The notes under the pieces were generated by a model that saw nothing but the letters and a program-made list of their open reading frames with translations, was not told the DNA's origin and ran no database searches. The position numbers and the translations under genes were made by a program. From the NCBI RefSeq assembly GCF_001447785.1, contig NW_015167559.1:124001-188000 (forward strand): 64,000 nt of DNA, in the 5' to 3' direction. This document shows positions 13,250 to 25,303 of the stretch, piece after piece. Source of the stretch: Gekko japonicus (taxonomy: Eukaryota). The first letter of the stretch is position 1, and every line of letters starts with the position of its first letter.

Positions 13250-13520
13250 CCAGTTTGGTGTTTGGTGTAGTGGTTAAGAGCAGTGGACTCTAATCTGAAA
13301 AACCCAGTTTCATTCCCCACACCTCCACATGCAGCCAGCTGGGTGACCCTGGGTCAGTCACAGTTCTCTCAGAGGTTTTCTCTCAAGAGCAGTTCTCTCA
13401 GAGCTTTCTCAGCCCCACCTACCTCACAGGGTGTCTGTTGTGGGGAGAAGAAGGGAAGGAGATTGTAAGCCACTCTGAGACTCCGAGTGAAGGGCAGGGT
13501 ATAAATCCAACTCTTCTTTT
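13250..13520 (+). mobile_element. Squam3-like SINE followed by (CA)n
   Basis: Same head and tail as other copies; small head duplication tttggtg x2. Confidence 0.85.
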
Positions 13521-13736
13521 TCAAACACACAAACACACACACACACACAATACTACACCTAATTCCAAGTAAACATGCATAAGATTGGGCTAGATGCTAA
13601 GGATTTCCAGGTGCCACTGTGGGATTGGAGGTCTTTTTGTCAGTTTTAAACAAACTGCACAAATAAGTCAAAGCTGAACTATATACGGGGCGGGGGGAGT
13701 GCTAATAAAGGAATGCAATGGCAGAAGCTACTCTTA

Positions 13737-15971
13737 GGGTGTGGTCAGATGGTGTGCTGGGAGCGGTTTAAATTGCTCCAGTCCCGATGCAGGGTTTTTT
13801 TAACCTGGAGAATCGTGATCCCACTCACCTCCTTGTTGCAGATCGCTGTGCAGCCACATCGCTCCCCACCATCCACACGCAGGAGCATGCGCACAGGCGG
13901 CCATCTGTAGCATTCCACTTCAACCCAACTGCTGTAACACTTCCCTTTAAACTTTTACCCTGAAACAGGCCTCCGTGCAACACCGTAGCTAGGGATTTGG
14001 GGGGAAGGGGGCTGAGGGGGGGCTGCAGCTAACCCAGCCCAGGGCATCTCACGATCCACGCTGGAAGAAGGCACAAGCACTGGATCAAGCCCTCCTTGGG
14101 TCTCCTCTCCTCTTCCAAGCCCAACCTCCAGGTCACTCGGCTGTGATGCATGTGTATGCAGGGAAGTTGGGGAAAATGTTCTTCATGCTCTCTTTCTCTC
14201 TCACACACACATTTGGGAGAGGGCACATCTTCAGGGGCGTGCGTGGCGGCTCCCTAACAAAGGCAATTGAGGGATTGTTCCCGAAGCCCCACAAGGACTC
14301 CCTGGCGGACGGCGCATCCACCCGCTCAACTCCCTCCCGGCTTTCCCTGGAGGGATCATTGTTTTGCCCGGCAGTCTGAGTGTGTAAGGAGCGGGCAAGC
14401 TGGCTTCCATTGTCAGGGCGGGAGGGGGTGTGGCGGGGAGTGAAGGGGCTAGGATTTGGGGGGGAGGGCGACTCAGGCCCCCCTTTCCGGGTCTTGCAGA
14501 AGCGCCTCCCAGGCAGGAAATGCTCCGGCTGCAGCAAGAGGCACGGAAAGTCTCTCCGGAGGTGCGCTGCGCTTCCCTCGAGCTTGTTTCACAACCGGCA
14601 GCGGCAGCAGCTCCTTTCATGGTGGGGCTTGAACTCTTTGCAATCCCTCCCCCCCGCTTCTTTGCTTTGAGCAGCTGGTGTCTTAAATGGCACTGGGGGC
14701 GGCGACGCCCGGAAAAGGCAGCAGGGCGGCCCTGAGCATAGCTGGCATGACCAGAAAGCAAGCAAGGCATGGCTGCTAGAGAGCCTCCATGTTCAAAGGA
14801 AGAAAGCAGGGTGCCTCTTTCTCCTCGTGGAAGCCTGGCCGGCTGTGGCAGGGAGAGAGGCAGGCAGGCAGGCACCCAGGAGGGAGGCGTGGTGGTGGGT
14901 GGTGGGTTTCCCCACTCAGCAGCCCTCCCCTCTAACCTCCTGGCAGCAGCAAGGACAGCCAGGGCAGCAGCAGGCAGTGTGGCATCACTGGCTGCTGGGC
15001 TGAGGGCAGCAACGTTGGGGGGAAAAGGGAACCGAGGATGGGGAGGGGTCTGTACAAACTGCGGGCCTGCCTCCATGAGATCCCGAACTCATCTAACCAA
15101 CAAAACTAGGTACCATTTAAACATTGTTTTTAATAATGCGGGAGCGGAGCTCCACCTGTGCGCATACAGCCTATGCTAAAATAAAATGGCGAGCGAAGAG
15201 CAGAAGCCTCGGGGCTCCAAGTGGAAAAGGCAGCAGGGCGGCCCTGAGCATAGCTGGCATGACCAGAAAGCAAGCAAGGCATGGCTGCTAGAGAGCCTAC
15301 ATGTTCAAAGGGAGAAAGCAGGGTGCCTCCTCCTCCTCCTCGTGGGAGCCCGGCCGGCCGTGGCAGGGAGAGAGGCAGGCAGGCAGGCACCCAGGAGGGA
15401 GGCATGGCAGTGGGGGGCGGGTGTCCCCATTCAGCAGCCCTCCCTTCTAACCTCCCAGCAGCAGCAAGGACAGCCGGGGCAGCAGCAGGCAGCATGGCAT
15501 CACCGGCTGCTGGGCTGAGGGCAGCGACAGTGGGGGGGAAGGGGAACCGAGGATGGGGAGGGGCCCGTACAAACTGCAAGCCTGCCTCCGTAAGATCCCA
15601 AACTCATCTAACCAACAAAACTAGGCACAGTTTAAACATTGTTTTTAATAATGCGGGAGCGGAGCTCCGTCTGTGCGCATACTGCCGACACTAAAATAAA
15701 ATGGCAGGCAAAGAGCGGAAGCCTCGGGCTTCTGAGTGGAAGTGGCTCGACACTGCAGGAGCGATCAGATGTCAGAAAAGTGTGGCTAGAATAGGAGAAT
15801 CAGGAAAACACTACTTGGGGACCTGGTAACAAAATACTCCGTTTTAAAGGGGGATTGAGCCGGAAAGCGACGGCTGGGGATGGTACGCAGATGTTGGGTG
15901 TGTGAACGTGGATATAAAATCCGTTACTGAAGCGTGCCGAAGCAGACTAAATGGCCTGTCTGAATGAACCC
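13737..15971. mobile_element. PIF/Harbinger-like non-autonomous DNA transposon, GC-rich, ~2.2 kb
   Basis: TTA on both sides (13734-13736, 15972-15974); TIRs gggtgtggtcagatgg vs revcomp gggttcattcagacagg; no transposase motif recognised. Confidence 0.65.
14711..15737. repeat. Tandem duplication, two units of ~512-515 bp
   Basis: Both units start ggaaaaggcagcagggcggccctgagcatagctggc (14711, 15223) and are colinear throughout. Confidence 0.95.
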
Positions 15972-16074
15972 TTAGAAAGCAATGCAATGGCAGAGGCAAT
16001 TCTTAGAAATAAGATAAGGAGTCTGGTTTTGAGATACCGAACACTCCAATAAATTTATGGTCCTATGTACATCT

Positions 16075-16510
16075 TTCCCAGTAGTCATGTATGGCTGTGA
16101 GAGTTGGATCATAAAGAAGGCCGAGTGCCGAAGAACAGATCCTTTTGAATTATGGTGCTGGAGAAGACTCTTGAGAGTCCCTTGGACTGCAAGGAGATCA
16201 AATCAGTCAATCCTAAAAGAAATCCACCCTGACTGTTCCCTGGAAGGCCAGATACTGAAGCTGAAGCTCAAATACTTTGGCCACCAAATGAGAAGGGAGC
16301 ACTCACTGAAGAAGACCCTGATGCTGGGAAAGATTGAAGATAACAGAAGAGGGGGACGGCAAAGGATGAGATGGTTAGACAGTGTTACCGATGCAAGGAA
16401 CATGAAATTGAGCAAACTCCAGAGGACAGCGGAAGACAGGAGGGCCTGGCGTGATGTAATCCATGGGGTCGCGAAGAGCCGGACTCGACTGTGTGACTGA
16501 ACAACAATAA
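16075..16510 (+). mobile_element. RTE-BovB LINE 3' fragment
   Basis: FPVVMYGCESW...ELWCWRRLLRVPWTARRSNQSILKEI...KLKYFGH; ends gactgaacaacaa. Confidence 0.92.
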
Positions 16511-18277
16511 AAATATCTTTCCCTTCTGATTACAGAACAGAGTTACCTCAGTTACCCAAGGCAACAATTTCAACCTTATGGAATACTTACCACTTTGTAG
16601 CTGGTTACAAAAAAACTCCTATTTAATGTGATACAGATAAAACTGATGCTGGGAAGGCAATTTTGAAGTTAAAGTAAGAAAATACCATGCAGGAAATTCA
16701 ATATGTATAACATTAAAGAGATAAAAGAAAACTTCCACCTGAAAAGATTAAAATAATCTCCTATTTTAGCACATTCCAGATGCAGAAGTGCTATCAAAAA
16801 CTACCTCTTTACTGTCCAATAGAAGAGTACAGGTGCACAAGATAAGCTTCTAATTTTCTACGCATTCATTTCAATCTGCCTCTTGGAGTACATGTTTCTC
16901 TTTCAACAAAAATTTCACAAGAATCCTCAAGAACTAGAAGACAAATTTCAAGAATCAGAAATCGTGTCTCTAAATCTTGAATTTGTACAATGATTTTGAT
17001 CAAAACGTAAAAGCCATTTCTTAGAACAAGTATGATTCACCCCAGAACAGTATATTAGCCATACATTTCACTTAAGCCTTTATACCTGGAAATCTGATTC
17101 ACAAAAGAAACCAAATCTGATTATAAACTCTTCCATGACTATCCTAACAAAAGTTGGAATGCCAGAGTTATTCAGCGTAGGTTTTTCCATCTACAGTTAT
17201 TTTGGACAGAAAATACATTCCTGTACCACTGTGCTCCCAGAAAAACAGCTACATTTTAAAGTATTCTTTTAAAAATTCTCTAATAGGATGATATTATCTT
17301 CCGATTTAATTCCAACTCCACAGCCAAACCACAGACACACTTTAAAATGCCAAGAAAACTATGAGTTAGTTGCCTCACTATTTATTTAAACCTTTGTTTC
17401 TAGCAGGTAAGTATGATTACAATCAGAATTGTGATCACAAACTCTTTATGTCTCAAATATCAAGAACAAATATTAACTCAAAAAGAGTACAGGCTCCAAG
17501 AACAACAGATGCAGGGATGATGGGGATGAATAATTTAATTCCATACACACACAGGGAATAATATCAAACTCGGTTTACAAATATTGGCAAGATCCCAATC
17601 TTTACAGCCACATCCATGTGTTCACAAAAACAACTGGAAAAACCTTTATGGAATTCTTAATAGCCTCGCTGCCCCTGATTAACTAAGTGCATTATGGGGC
17701 TGACAGTCACAGCTTGAAAAAGTGCTACTGTGTAGTGTGCCTGTTGCTGAGGATGAAGTGGCCACTAAAAATGATTACACAAATATACAATATCTACCTC
17801 TGAGAATGTGCATAAAGAAGCCATTTGAACCGTTGTAAGTGGGACATCTATGCCAAACAAAAAAAATGCATAACTGCAAGTACCAGCATATGAGTATTTC
17901 CTGAATATATATCCAAGACACAGAGGAAGCTGAAGCACAGAATGAAACTTCTACAGCTCTATTATAGTGAATGGATAGCCCAAGATTCAGTCTGCAACAG
18001 AGTGGACCTCTCAGACTGAGAGAGACTGAGTCTAAAGAGCTCTTCCTTTACTTGCATGTAAAGAGCTAAGAGCGTGATTTTTTCCTATTATGGCACACAG
18101 CAACTTCACGCCTTCACAATGTATCTGGTACCTGAGACAATCTGCCGTAATTCCAAGCAAAGTGGTCAAGCTGAGGTGAACTGTCAGTGTCTCATACATG
18201 TGGCCAAACTGGGAAACCACAACCACAGAAGTACACCAGTTCAAAGAGACAGGTGCATTATAAGCCAAGAAGAAGTA

Positions 18278-18380
18278 CATAATAAGAGCCCTGTTGGATC
18301 AGACCAGTGATCCATCTAGTCCAGCATCCTGTTTCACACAGTGGCCAACTTGTTCCTCTGGAGGTCCAACAACAAGGCCT
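18278..18380 (-). mobile_element. CR1-type 3' end fragment
   Basis: ataagagccctgttggatcagaccagtgatccatctagtccagcatcctg is the reverse complement of a CR1-like tail. Confidence 0.65.
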
Positions 18381-19121
18381 AGATACCACTCTAATGGCAG
18401 AAAGTGAAGAGGACCTAAAGAGCCTCTTGTACACAGTGAAAGAAGAGAGCACAAAAGTTGGCTTGAAACTCAACATCAAAAAACTAAGATCATGGCATCC
18501 AGCCACATCACTCTTCGGCAAATAGAAGGGGAAGTCATGGAAGCAGTGACAGAATTCACATTCCTGGGATCCAAGATCACTGCAGACAGTGACTGCAGCC
18601 ATGAAATTAAAAGACGCCTGCTCCTTGGGAGGAAAGCTATGGCCAACCTAGACAGCATAATAAAAGGTAGAAACATCACCCTGCCAACAAAAGTCTGCAT
18701 GGTCAAAGCAATGGTATTCCCAGTAGTCATGTATGGCTGCAAGAGTTGGATTATAAGGAAGGCCGAGCGCCGAGGAATAGATTCTTTTGAACTATGGTGC
18801 TGGAGAAGACTCTTGAGAGTCCCTTGGACTGCAAGAAGATCAAATCAGTCAATCCTAAAAGAAATCCACCCTGACTGTTCCCTGGAAGGACAGATACTGA
18901 AGCTGAAGCTCAAATACTTTGGCCACCAAATGAGAAGGGAGCACTCACTGGAGAAGACCATGATGCTGGGAAAGACTGAAGGAAAAAGAAGACGGGGACG
19001 GCAAATCAATGCAACGAACATGAAATTGAGCAAACTCCGGAGGACGGCGGAAGACAGGAGGGCCTAGCATGATGTGGCCCATGGGGTCGTGAAGAGTCAG
19101 ACTCGACTGTGTGACTGAACA
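18381..19121 (+). mobile_element. RTE-BovB LINE 3' fragment
   Basis: DTTLMAESEEDLK, FLGSKITADSDCSHEIKRRLLLGRKAM, ELWCWRRLLRVPW; close to the copy at 16075. Confidence 0.93.
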
Positions 19122-19127
19122 GTCACC

Positions 19128-20175
19128 AGAACTTCACACAGTATTCCAAATGAGGCCACACCATTGACCTATATGAGGGCATTATAATACAGGCCATTTT
19201 ATTTCAATCTCTTTCCTAATAGTATGCAACGAAAGTTTGCCTTTTTCAGTACTGCAGCACCAAGATCTAAGTCTCAGTAAATTCAGATGTAATTAGCCTA
19301 TAAACTGGGATTTTTTGTTCCAACGTGCATCACCTTATGCTTACCAACACTGAACTTAATTTGTCCCATTGTTGGCCCATTCACCTAATTTATGAAGATC
19401 CTCCTGGAGCTCTTCACAATCATGCTTGCTTTTTACCATCCTGAATATTTTGTGTCATCAGCAAACATGGTCGCTCAACTACTTACCCCTAGTTCTAGAT
19501 CATTTATGAATAAATTAATTAGTACCAGCACCAACACCAATAGTGATCCTTGTGGGACCCCACTGCTTACTTCCCTCCATTGTGAGAACTCTCCATTTAT
19601 TCCTACTCTCTGCTTCCTGTCATTTACCAATTTTGAGTTCATAAAAGAATCCATGCTCTTATCCCATGACTGCTACGTTTATTCAGAAGAAATTATTGAG
19701 GTACCATGTCAAAAGCCTTTCGAAAGTCCAAATATATAATGTCTACTGGATCACCATTGTTTACATTCTTCTTCACTTTCTCAGAGAATTCCATATGGTT
19801 GGTGAGGCAGTATTTCCCTTTGCAGAAGTCATGGTTCCTCTTTGTGCCTAATAATTCTATCTTTAATTACAGTTTCTACTAAATTGCCTGGGATACATGT
19901 TAGGCTAACTGGCACGTAATTTCCTGGTTCCCGTCTTGACCTCTTTTTAAAAATTGATGTAATACTTCCTACTCTCCAGTCTTCTCGTACAGCGGCTGAA
20001 TTTAGTGATAGGTTACATAAATGAATTAGTAGATCAACTGTTTCACATTTGAGTTCCCTAAGAACTTTTGGTTGTATGCCATCAGGACTTGGAGACTTAT
20101 CAGTTTTTAATTTCCCCAACAGGTCTAGAACTTCATCTCTCATCACCTCAGTTTGACTCAGTTCTTCAGACTCCC
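19128..20175 (-). mobile_element. CR1 LINE RT region, degraded
   Basis: KSPSPDGIQPKVLRELK...EDWR...IFKKRSRREPGNYVPVSLTCIPG in ORF 19829-20146. Confidence 0.88.
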
Positions 20176-20845
20176 TTCATTTTCCACAGTGAACACGCCC
20201 TCACTTCTGCAGGAATATACCACATACCCTGCAGTTGTGGACAGGTTCACATTGGGACCACACAGTGTAGCATCCAGACAAGAATAAAAGAACATGAAAG
20301 ACACTGCAGACTTGGCCAACCTGAAAAATCAGCAGTGGCTGAACATAGCCTAACTCAAACAAGACACAGTAGCCTATTCCCAGACACTGAAATGCTGGAC
20401 AACACATCCAATTACCATGTCAGATTACACAGGGAAGTCATTGGAATTCATAAACATAAACACAATTTCAACAGGAAAGAAGAGTTTAAAAATAAATAGG
20501 GCATGGTTTCTTGTTCTGAAAAACACAAAATGCTCTAAATCTTACAACAGCACTACAGATAAGATTAGAATTTCAACAGCCAATCCATATGCAAAAGAAC
20601 CTCCTCAGGAAAGCTCCTCCATTAGCATGTCACAGCCTGGGTAACTCCTACAAGACAATGACTCAGCCCTACCCCACCTTCCTGAGATCTAAATTACCTC
20701 CCTACCATTTGTCTTCTCACATTGACACAGAGAGCATCTTTCTGTGTCATACCTCTGAGGATGCCAGTCACAGCTGCTAGCGAAACATCAGATACTTCAA
20801 TGCCAAGACCACGGCCATACAACCCAGAGAATCTACAGCAACTAG
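20176..20845 (+). mobile_element. Penelope-like element 3' part (GIY-YIG endonuclease plus pLTR)
   Basis: AGIYHIPCSCGQVHIGTTQCSIQTRIKEHERHCRLGQPEKSAVAEH; hammerhead-like motif downstream. Confidence 0.9.
20752..20792 (+). ncRNA. Degenerate minimal hammerhead ribozyme motif
   Basis: cct-CTGAGGA-t-gccagt cacagct gctagc-GAAA-c-ATC-aga; core boxes present, stems partly mutated. Confidence 0.6.
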
Positions 20846-22230
20846 TGAAGGATTTTGCTAAAGTAGGAGGAGCAAAAAGGTCAGCAGTGAGGCTCTGAAA
20901 AGCTCTGTTTTCTCTTCAGCAAGTGGTATGCAGGAAAGTTTCTATTTATTATTGCTAATAGCTATTGATAGACTATGCTCCATGAACTTGTCCAATCCTT
21001 TTTTTTTTTTTAGCCACTGCCATCATCACAATGTCTGGAAGCAAATTCCACAAAGTAATTATTGTACTATGTGAGGTAGTACTTCTTTTGTCAACTTGCA
21101 GTCATAGGTTGATTAATTTTCTTCCATCATATCAGAAGGAAGAAAAATTACTTTCTATCCACTTCCCCAAACATGCACAAATTTCTCCATCCCACCCCCA
21201 TCCTCCAAGTAAGCATGCTTCTAAATTCAGAAGCCGCTTTATCCTATTCCAGCGATTTTGAACAGGAGCCATAAAGCCTCTTCAGAGGGTGATTTTCAAA
21301 TCTTGGGGAACATTCAGAACTTCAGATGGCAAAAGGAGGACATTTAAGATTTTAGGCAGTGTCTCCTCACCACTTGCAAGGCTTCCTGCAACAAGAGGAG
21401 AGTTCTTTTATATTACTTAGTGCCCTGAAGACAGAGTCACAAGTTTCTCCTCAAGTCCCTTAAAAAGTGCTACACAGCAAACAGGAACCAAAACTAACAC
21501 TAAGAAGCTGGCCAGTGGCTATCAGGCACAAGGGTTTCACTGAATGAATGCCTGAGATCTGAGTATTATATGCATACATCACAAATGTACCTATATAAAT
21601 AAAATCATAAACTCTGGAGTCCTATTTTGCTGCAGCTCTTTTGTACGGTTTATTCCTGACCCTCCTTCCCCTACATAGACCCCACAGCCTCTCCTCCTCC
21701 TGAAAATCCACCTGGCTTTCCCACACCATTACTTACCTTCCAGATCATCCCCCTCACCTAAGCCTTTTGCCCAACTGTCCAGCTGTTCGCCCCACTTGCT
21801 CTTTTCCTCACTAACTCTCCTTTCCCTCTCACATCTCCATAGTTTCTACTTCCCTCCTCTGTCATCTGCTCGCTAACCTTTCTCGGTTCTTACCAACCCT
21901 AGCCTGACTAGCCCCATTGTGTAGAACCTTTGAACCACATATAGCAGAACCACCAACAGGAATTCACAAATAGTGTAACATTGATAGAACATGAACAGAG
22001 TCAGGACCTTGCTCAAAAACACAGAACAAAAAACGTAAAAGTACAAGAAGGCGGATCCTTATTCTCTAATGTGAATGGGATTTTAAAAACAAAAGCAGAA
22101 CTAGCAATTAGTTAAAAATTACATTTTACCAACAGTCTAACTAAAAAGCATTTTCTCCTAACTGATGGTGCTCCCCCTCAAAACAAACAACAATAAAACA
22201 CAAACCAAAATATTTTAAGGCTGGACTTAC

Positions 22231-22353
22231 CGGTCACCTGTTTTTTCAGCTTTTCAATTTCTTCTTTTAGGGTTTTAATTTCTAAATCTTTGCTTGCTGT
22301 TAATGGACCATCTACAGTTGAATAATGTAGAGCCTGGACTGTCTGTGTAGACT
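22231..22353 (-). CDS. CDC42BPA: MRCK-alpha exon (exon 11 equivalent), 123 nt, coiled coil
   Basis: tgaaaag|AG TCT ACA...ACC G|gtaagt; (E)STQTVQALHYSTVDGPLTASKDLEIKTLKEEIEKLKKQVT. Confidence 0.96.
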
Positions 22354-22575
22354 CTTTTCATAAAAAACAAAAATAGAAAAATTAGACTTCAGTAGCACGT
22401 GAAGACTTTAGTGTCAAAGGTCTGACATCTTGAGACCTTTTCCAATATAATGTAGTTCCCAAGGAAAGCCCAAGGCCTCACAGGAAACCAAGAAAAAAGA
22501 TCTCTGTCACACTTGTGCGGAGGGGGAGCTTTAATTAATTTATTACAGTTTTCCAACATTTTCCACTCTCCAGAT

Positions 22576-22762
22576 TAGGGTTGCCAGGTCTGGGATGGAA
22601 AATACCTGGAGACTTTGGGGGCGGATCCGGGAGAGGGGAGGGGCCTCCATATGGTACAATGCCACGGAGTCCACCCTTCAAAGCAGCCATTTTCTCTAGG
22701 GGAGCTGATATCTGTCAGCTGGAGATAAGTTGTAAAAGCAGGAGATCCCCAGGCCCCACCTA
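22576..22762. mobile_element. hAT MITE (tagggttgcca family, short type), right TIR partly deleted
   Basis: Perfect TSD ctccagat; colinear with 46447-46660. Confidence 0.85.
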
Positions 22763-22792
22763 CTCCAGATCATTTGGACTTCATACTCTCTG

Positions 22793-23018
22793 AATGGCTA
22801 TTAGCCACATGGTATAGATAGGGGCTCTGGGGCAAGTGATGCTCTGTCTTCTTGGTGCTTGGGGGGATCAACAGTGGGAGGGCTTCTAATGTCCTGGCCT
22901 CACTGGTGGACCTCCTGATGGCACCTGGTATTTTTGGCCACTATGTGACAGAGTGTTGGACTGGATGGGCCTTTGGCCTGATCCAACATTGGCGTCTCTT
23001 ATGTTCTTATGTTGTTAT
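22793..23018 (+). mobile_element. CR1-type 3' end
   Basis: Near-identical to ~635-860; tail cttatgttcttatgttgttatg. Confidence 0.8.
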
Positions 23019-23208
23019 GAGATGAGCGCATCCTGAAGTTGAGAAATCAGCCTTCACGGCCCCCATTCCTGGTGAAGGAAACTCTATGAAAATAAGCACT
23101 AGGTTGTATTAAGAGTTCCTATTACAGGAAGAAGCAGAATACTACATGTACTGTCTCTCAGTGTAAAAGATTTTTTGTTTCATCAAGCTGTATTAAATAT
23201 ACAAATGT

Positions 23209-23375
23209 ATTGGTGCCTGGGGGGGGCAATAGTGGAGAGCTTCTAGTGCCCTGGCCCCTCTGCTGGACCTCCTGATGGCACCTGGTATTTTTGGCCACTG
23301 TGTGACAGAGTGTTGGACTGGATGGGCTATTAGCTTGATTCAACATTGGCTTCTCTTATGTTCTTATGTTCTTAT
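23209..23375 (+). mobile_element. CR1-type 3' end
   Basis: Same family, (TTCTTATG)n tail. Confidence 0.8.
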
Positions 23376-23841
23376 TTATATCCTATAGCATTAAATAAAC
23401 TTTTCTTAAAACTTAATTCCACAATAAATTATTAACGATTAGACCGTCAGATCCTTACTCTTAAATATAATATTATTTGTATTTAAGTTTCTGTTAATGT
23501 CTCCCCTCTCCCACTTTCCTCCATCTGGTGCTGTCGCTTTCTCTCTGTACTCTGCTATTCTTATTCATTTCATTTAGGAACTTTATATGCCACCTCCCCA
23601 GAGTCCTGCTATTCTGGGCTCAGCTATACTTGCCTATGGCTTCCAATACTACTTCTGCGCAGACAGCCTTCAACTGTATTGCTCACTATCTATTTTCTTT
23701 CTTTCCTTTAGCAAATGTACCTGCTGTCTTCTCTATGATCTCTAGCTGGATGGCTTCTCACCAGTTGCAACCCAGAATATCTAAGCTGCCGATTTACCTT
23801 TCACAGTGTTCTCTTTCTACCCCCTCCTTTTCTACTCTACT

Positions 23842-24201
23842 TAGGGTTGCCAAGTCGTAATTACCTTTTAGTGGGGGCAGTCCTGCACCTCCCTGGGAGT
23901 CTTCTGGCTCGTGCGCGAAGCATGCGCACCGCAATGACATCACCCGGATGTGACATCATCGCATCGGACACGTTGGGGGTGGGGCCACAATCATTTGAGG
24001 GAAAACCATAGAGTTTTCCCTCAAATGATAGAGCGTCCCTCCGCAACGTGCCCGACGCGATGACGTCACCTCTGGGTGACGTCTTCACACCAGGCACATC
24101 TCGCACGTTGGGGGCAGGGTTCCCCCTGGTGGCCTGATCCGGGCCGGCAGGGCCTATCGAGCGGGGGTTTCCCCGCCCCCCGGGGGGACCTGGCAACCCT
24201 A
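23842..24201. mobile_element. hAT MITE (tagggttgcca TIR, CpG-rich type)
   Basis: TIRs tagggttgcca / tggcaacccta; perfect TSD actctact. Confidence 0.92.
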
Positions 24202-24759
24202 ACTCTACTGGATAAGTTTGGTGTTTCCTCCCAAACTCAGGATTTATTTAAATGTTGTTTTCTAATGATCTCCTTACTTTTATCCTAATGTTCTATCTCT
24301 TGCTAATTCTTGCTGCTTTCAATCTCTTAACATTTCCAAAATGTGCCATTTTCTTTCATTTTATATGGCAAATAACTTTTTCAGTCTCTTGTGATCTCTT
24401 AAATTAACTACTTTAATGCCATCCTCAAAAGCTTTTCTGTTTCTACTCTCAAAAACATGCTTCATTGTCTTCACAATTCTCTAATTTATACCATCATAGT
24501 GTCCCCCTCCTATAGAGTCTCCAATGGTTTTCTTTTATTTTGTTCCATCCTGTCTTAAATTCTTGATTCTACTTTCCCCTCCTGTTTCTTCAGATTACCT
24601 CTTACACTCTGATCCGCTGAAGCTGGATCAACACATTCCTTATAAAGCTCAGGAAGATTACTTCCATCCCTTACTTCTGTCCCTTCTGCTTTGCAACTCC
24701 CTACTGTTGGGAACTCACAGCCTCCCAAAATTCACTGGTAGCCTTTTTAAAATTTCCAC

Positions 24760-24845
24760 TGCATTCCTAAGCACATGTAAATCTTTCTAAACCCATTGAA
24801 GTCAATGGGTTTAGAAAGATCAAACTCTTTTTAGGATTGCAATGT
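24760..24845. repeat. Short palindromic MITE-like element with a perfect 19-bp-arm hairpin
   Basis: atctttctaaacccattga-ag-tcaatgggtttagaaagat (24781-24820); related partial copies near 12810, 25550 and 44615. Confidence 0.75.
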
Positions 24846-25303
24846 TAGAATGCCATATATTCCCTCCAGCCTTCTACAGGCAGTTGTCTCAATCAATTTC
24901 CCTTCCCTCAAAAACATTTTGCAAGCCTGGGGACTAAGCTTGTCTCAGTTTAATTCTGTACAACTTTACTATTTATATTTATTTTAGAAATACACAATGA
25001 TAATTAGATGAAAAATTCTCCAGCTGTCTTTGCACATCATACCATATTTTAACCTTTGCCATTACTGTTTGCAAAAATGTATTTTGTTCATCCAAAACCT
25101 TACAAAGCCAATGTTCCAGCATCTACATAAACAATTAACAAAGCCACATATCGGACATTTTTTTAAAACTGAAAATAAAAAATAAAACACATAGGAAACC
25201 TTTCAGAAATTTCACCTTAAAGTATTTTGCAATACTAAGAACGTTTCATAAAACCACAATTTAGTTTAACTCAAATAAATACTCAAAGTTCCTTTTTTAA
25301 TAC

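Noticed and set aside
14133-15694. Long ORFs on both strands (up to 281 aa)
   Set aside because: They lie in the GC-rich duplicated transposon interior, give low-complexity Pro/Ala/Gly peptides in several overlapping frames, and have no recognisable domain.
21731-21745. Strong donor AAG|GTAAGT on the minus strand
   Set aside because: No pyrimidine tract or acceptor in the purine-rich upstream sequence, so no exon could be built.
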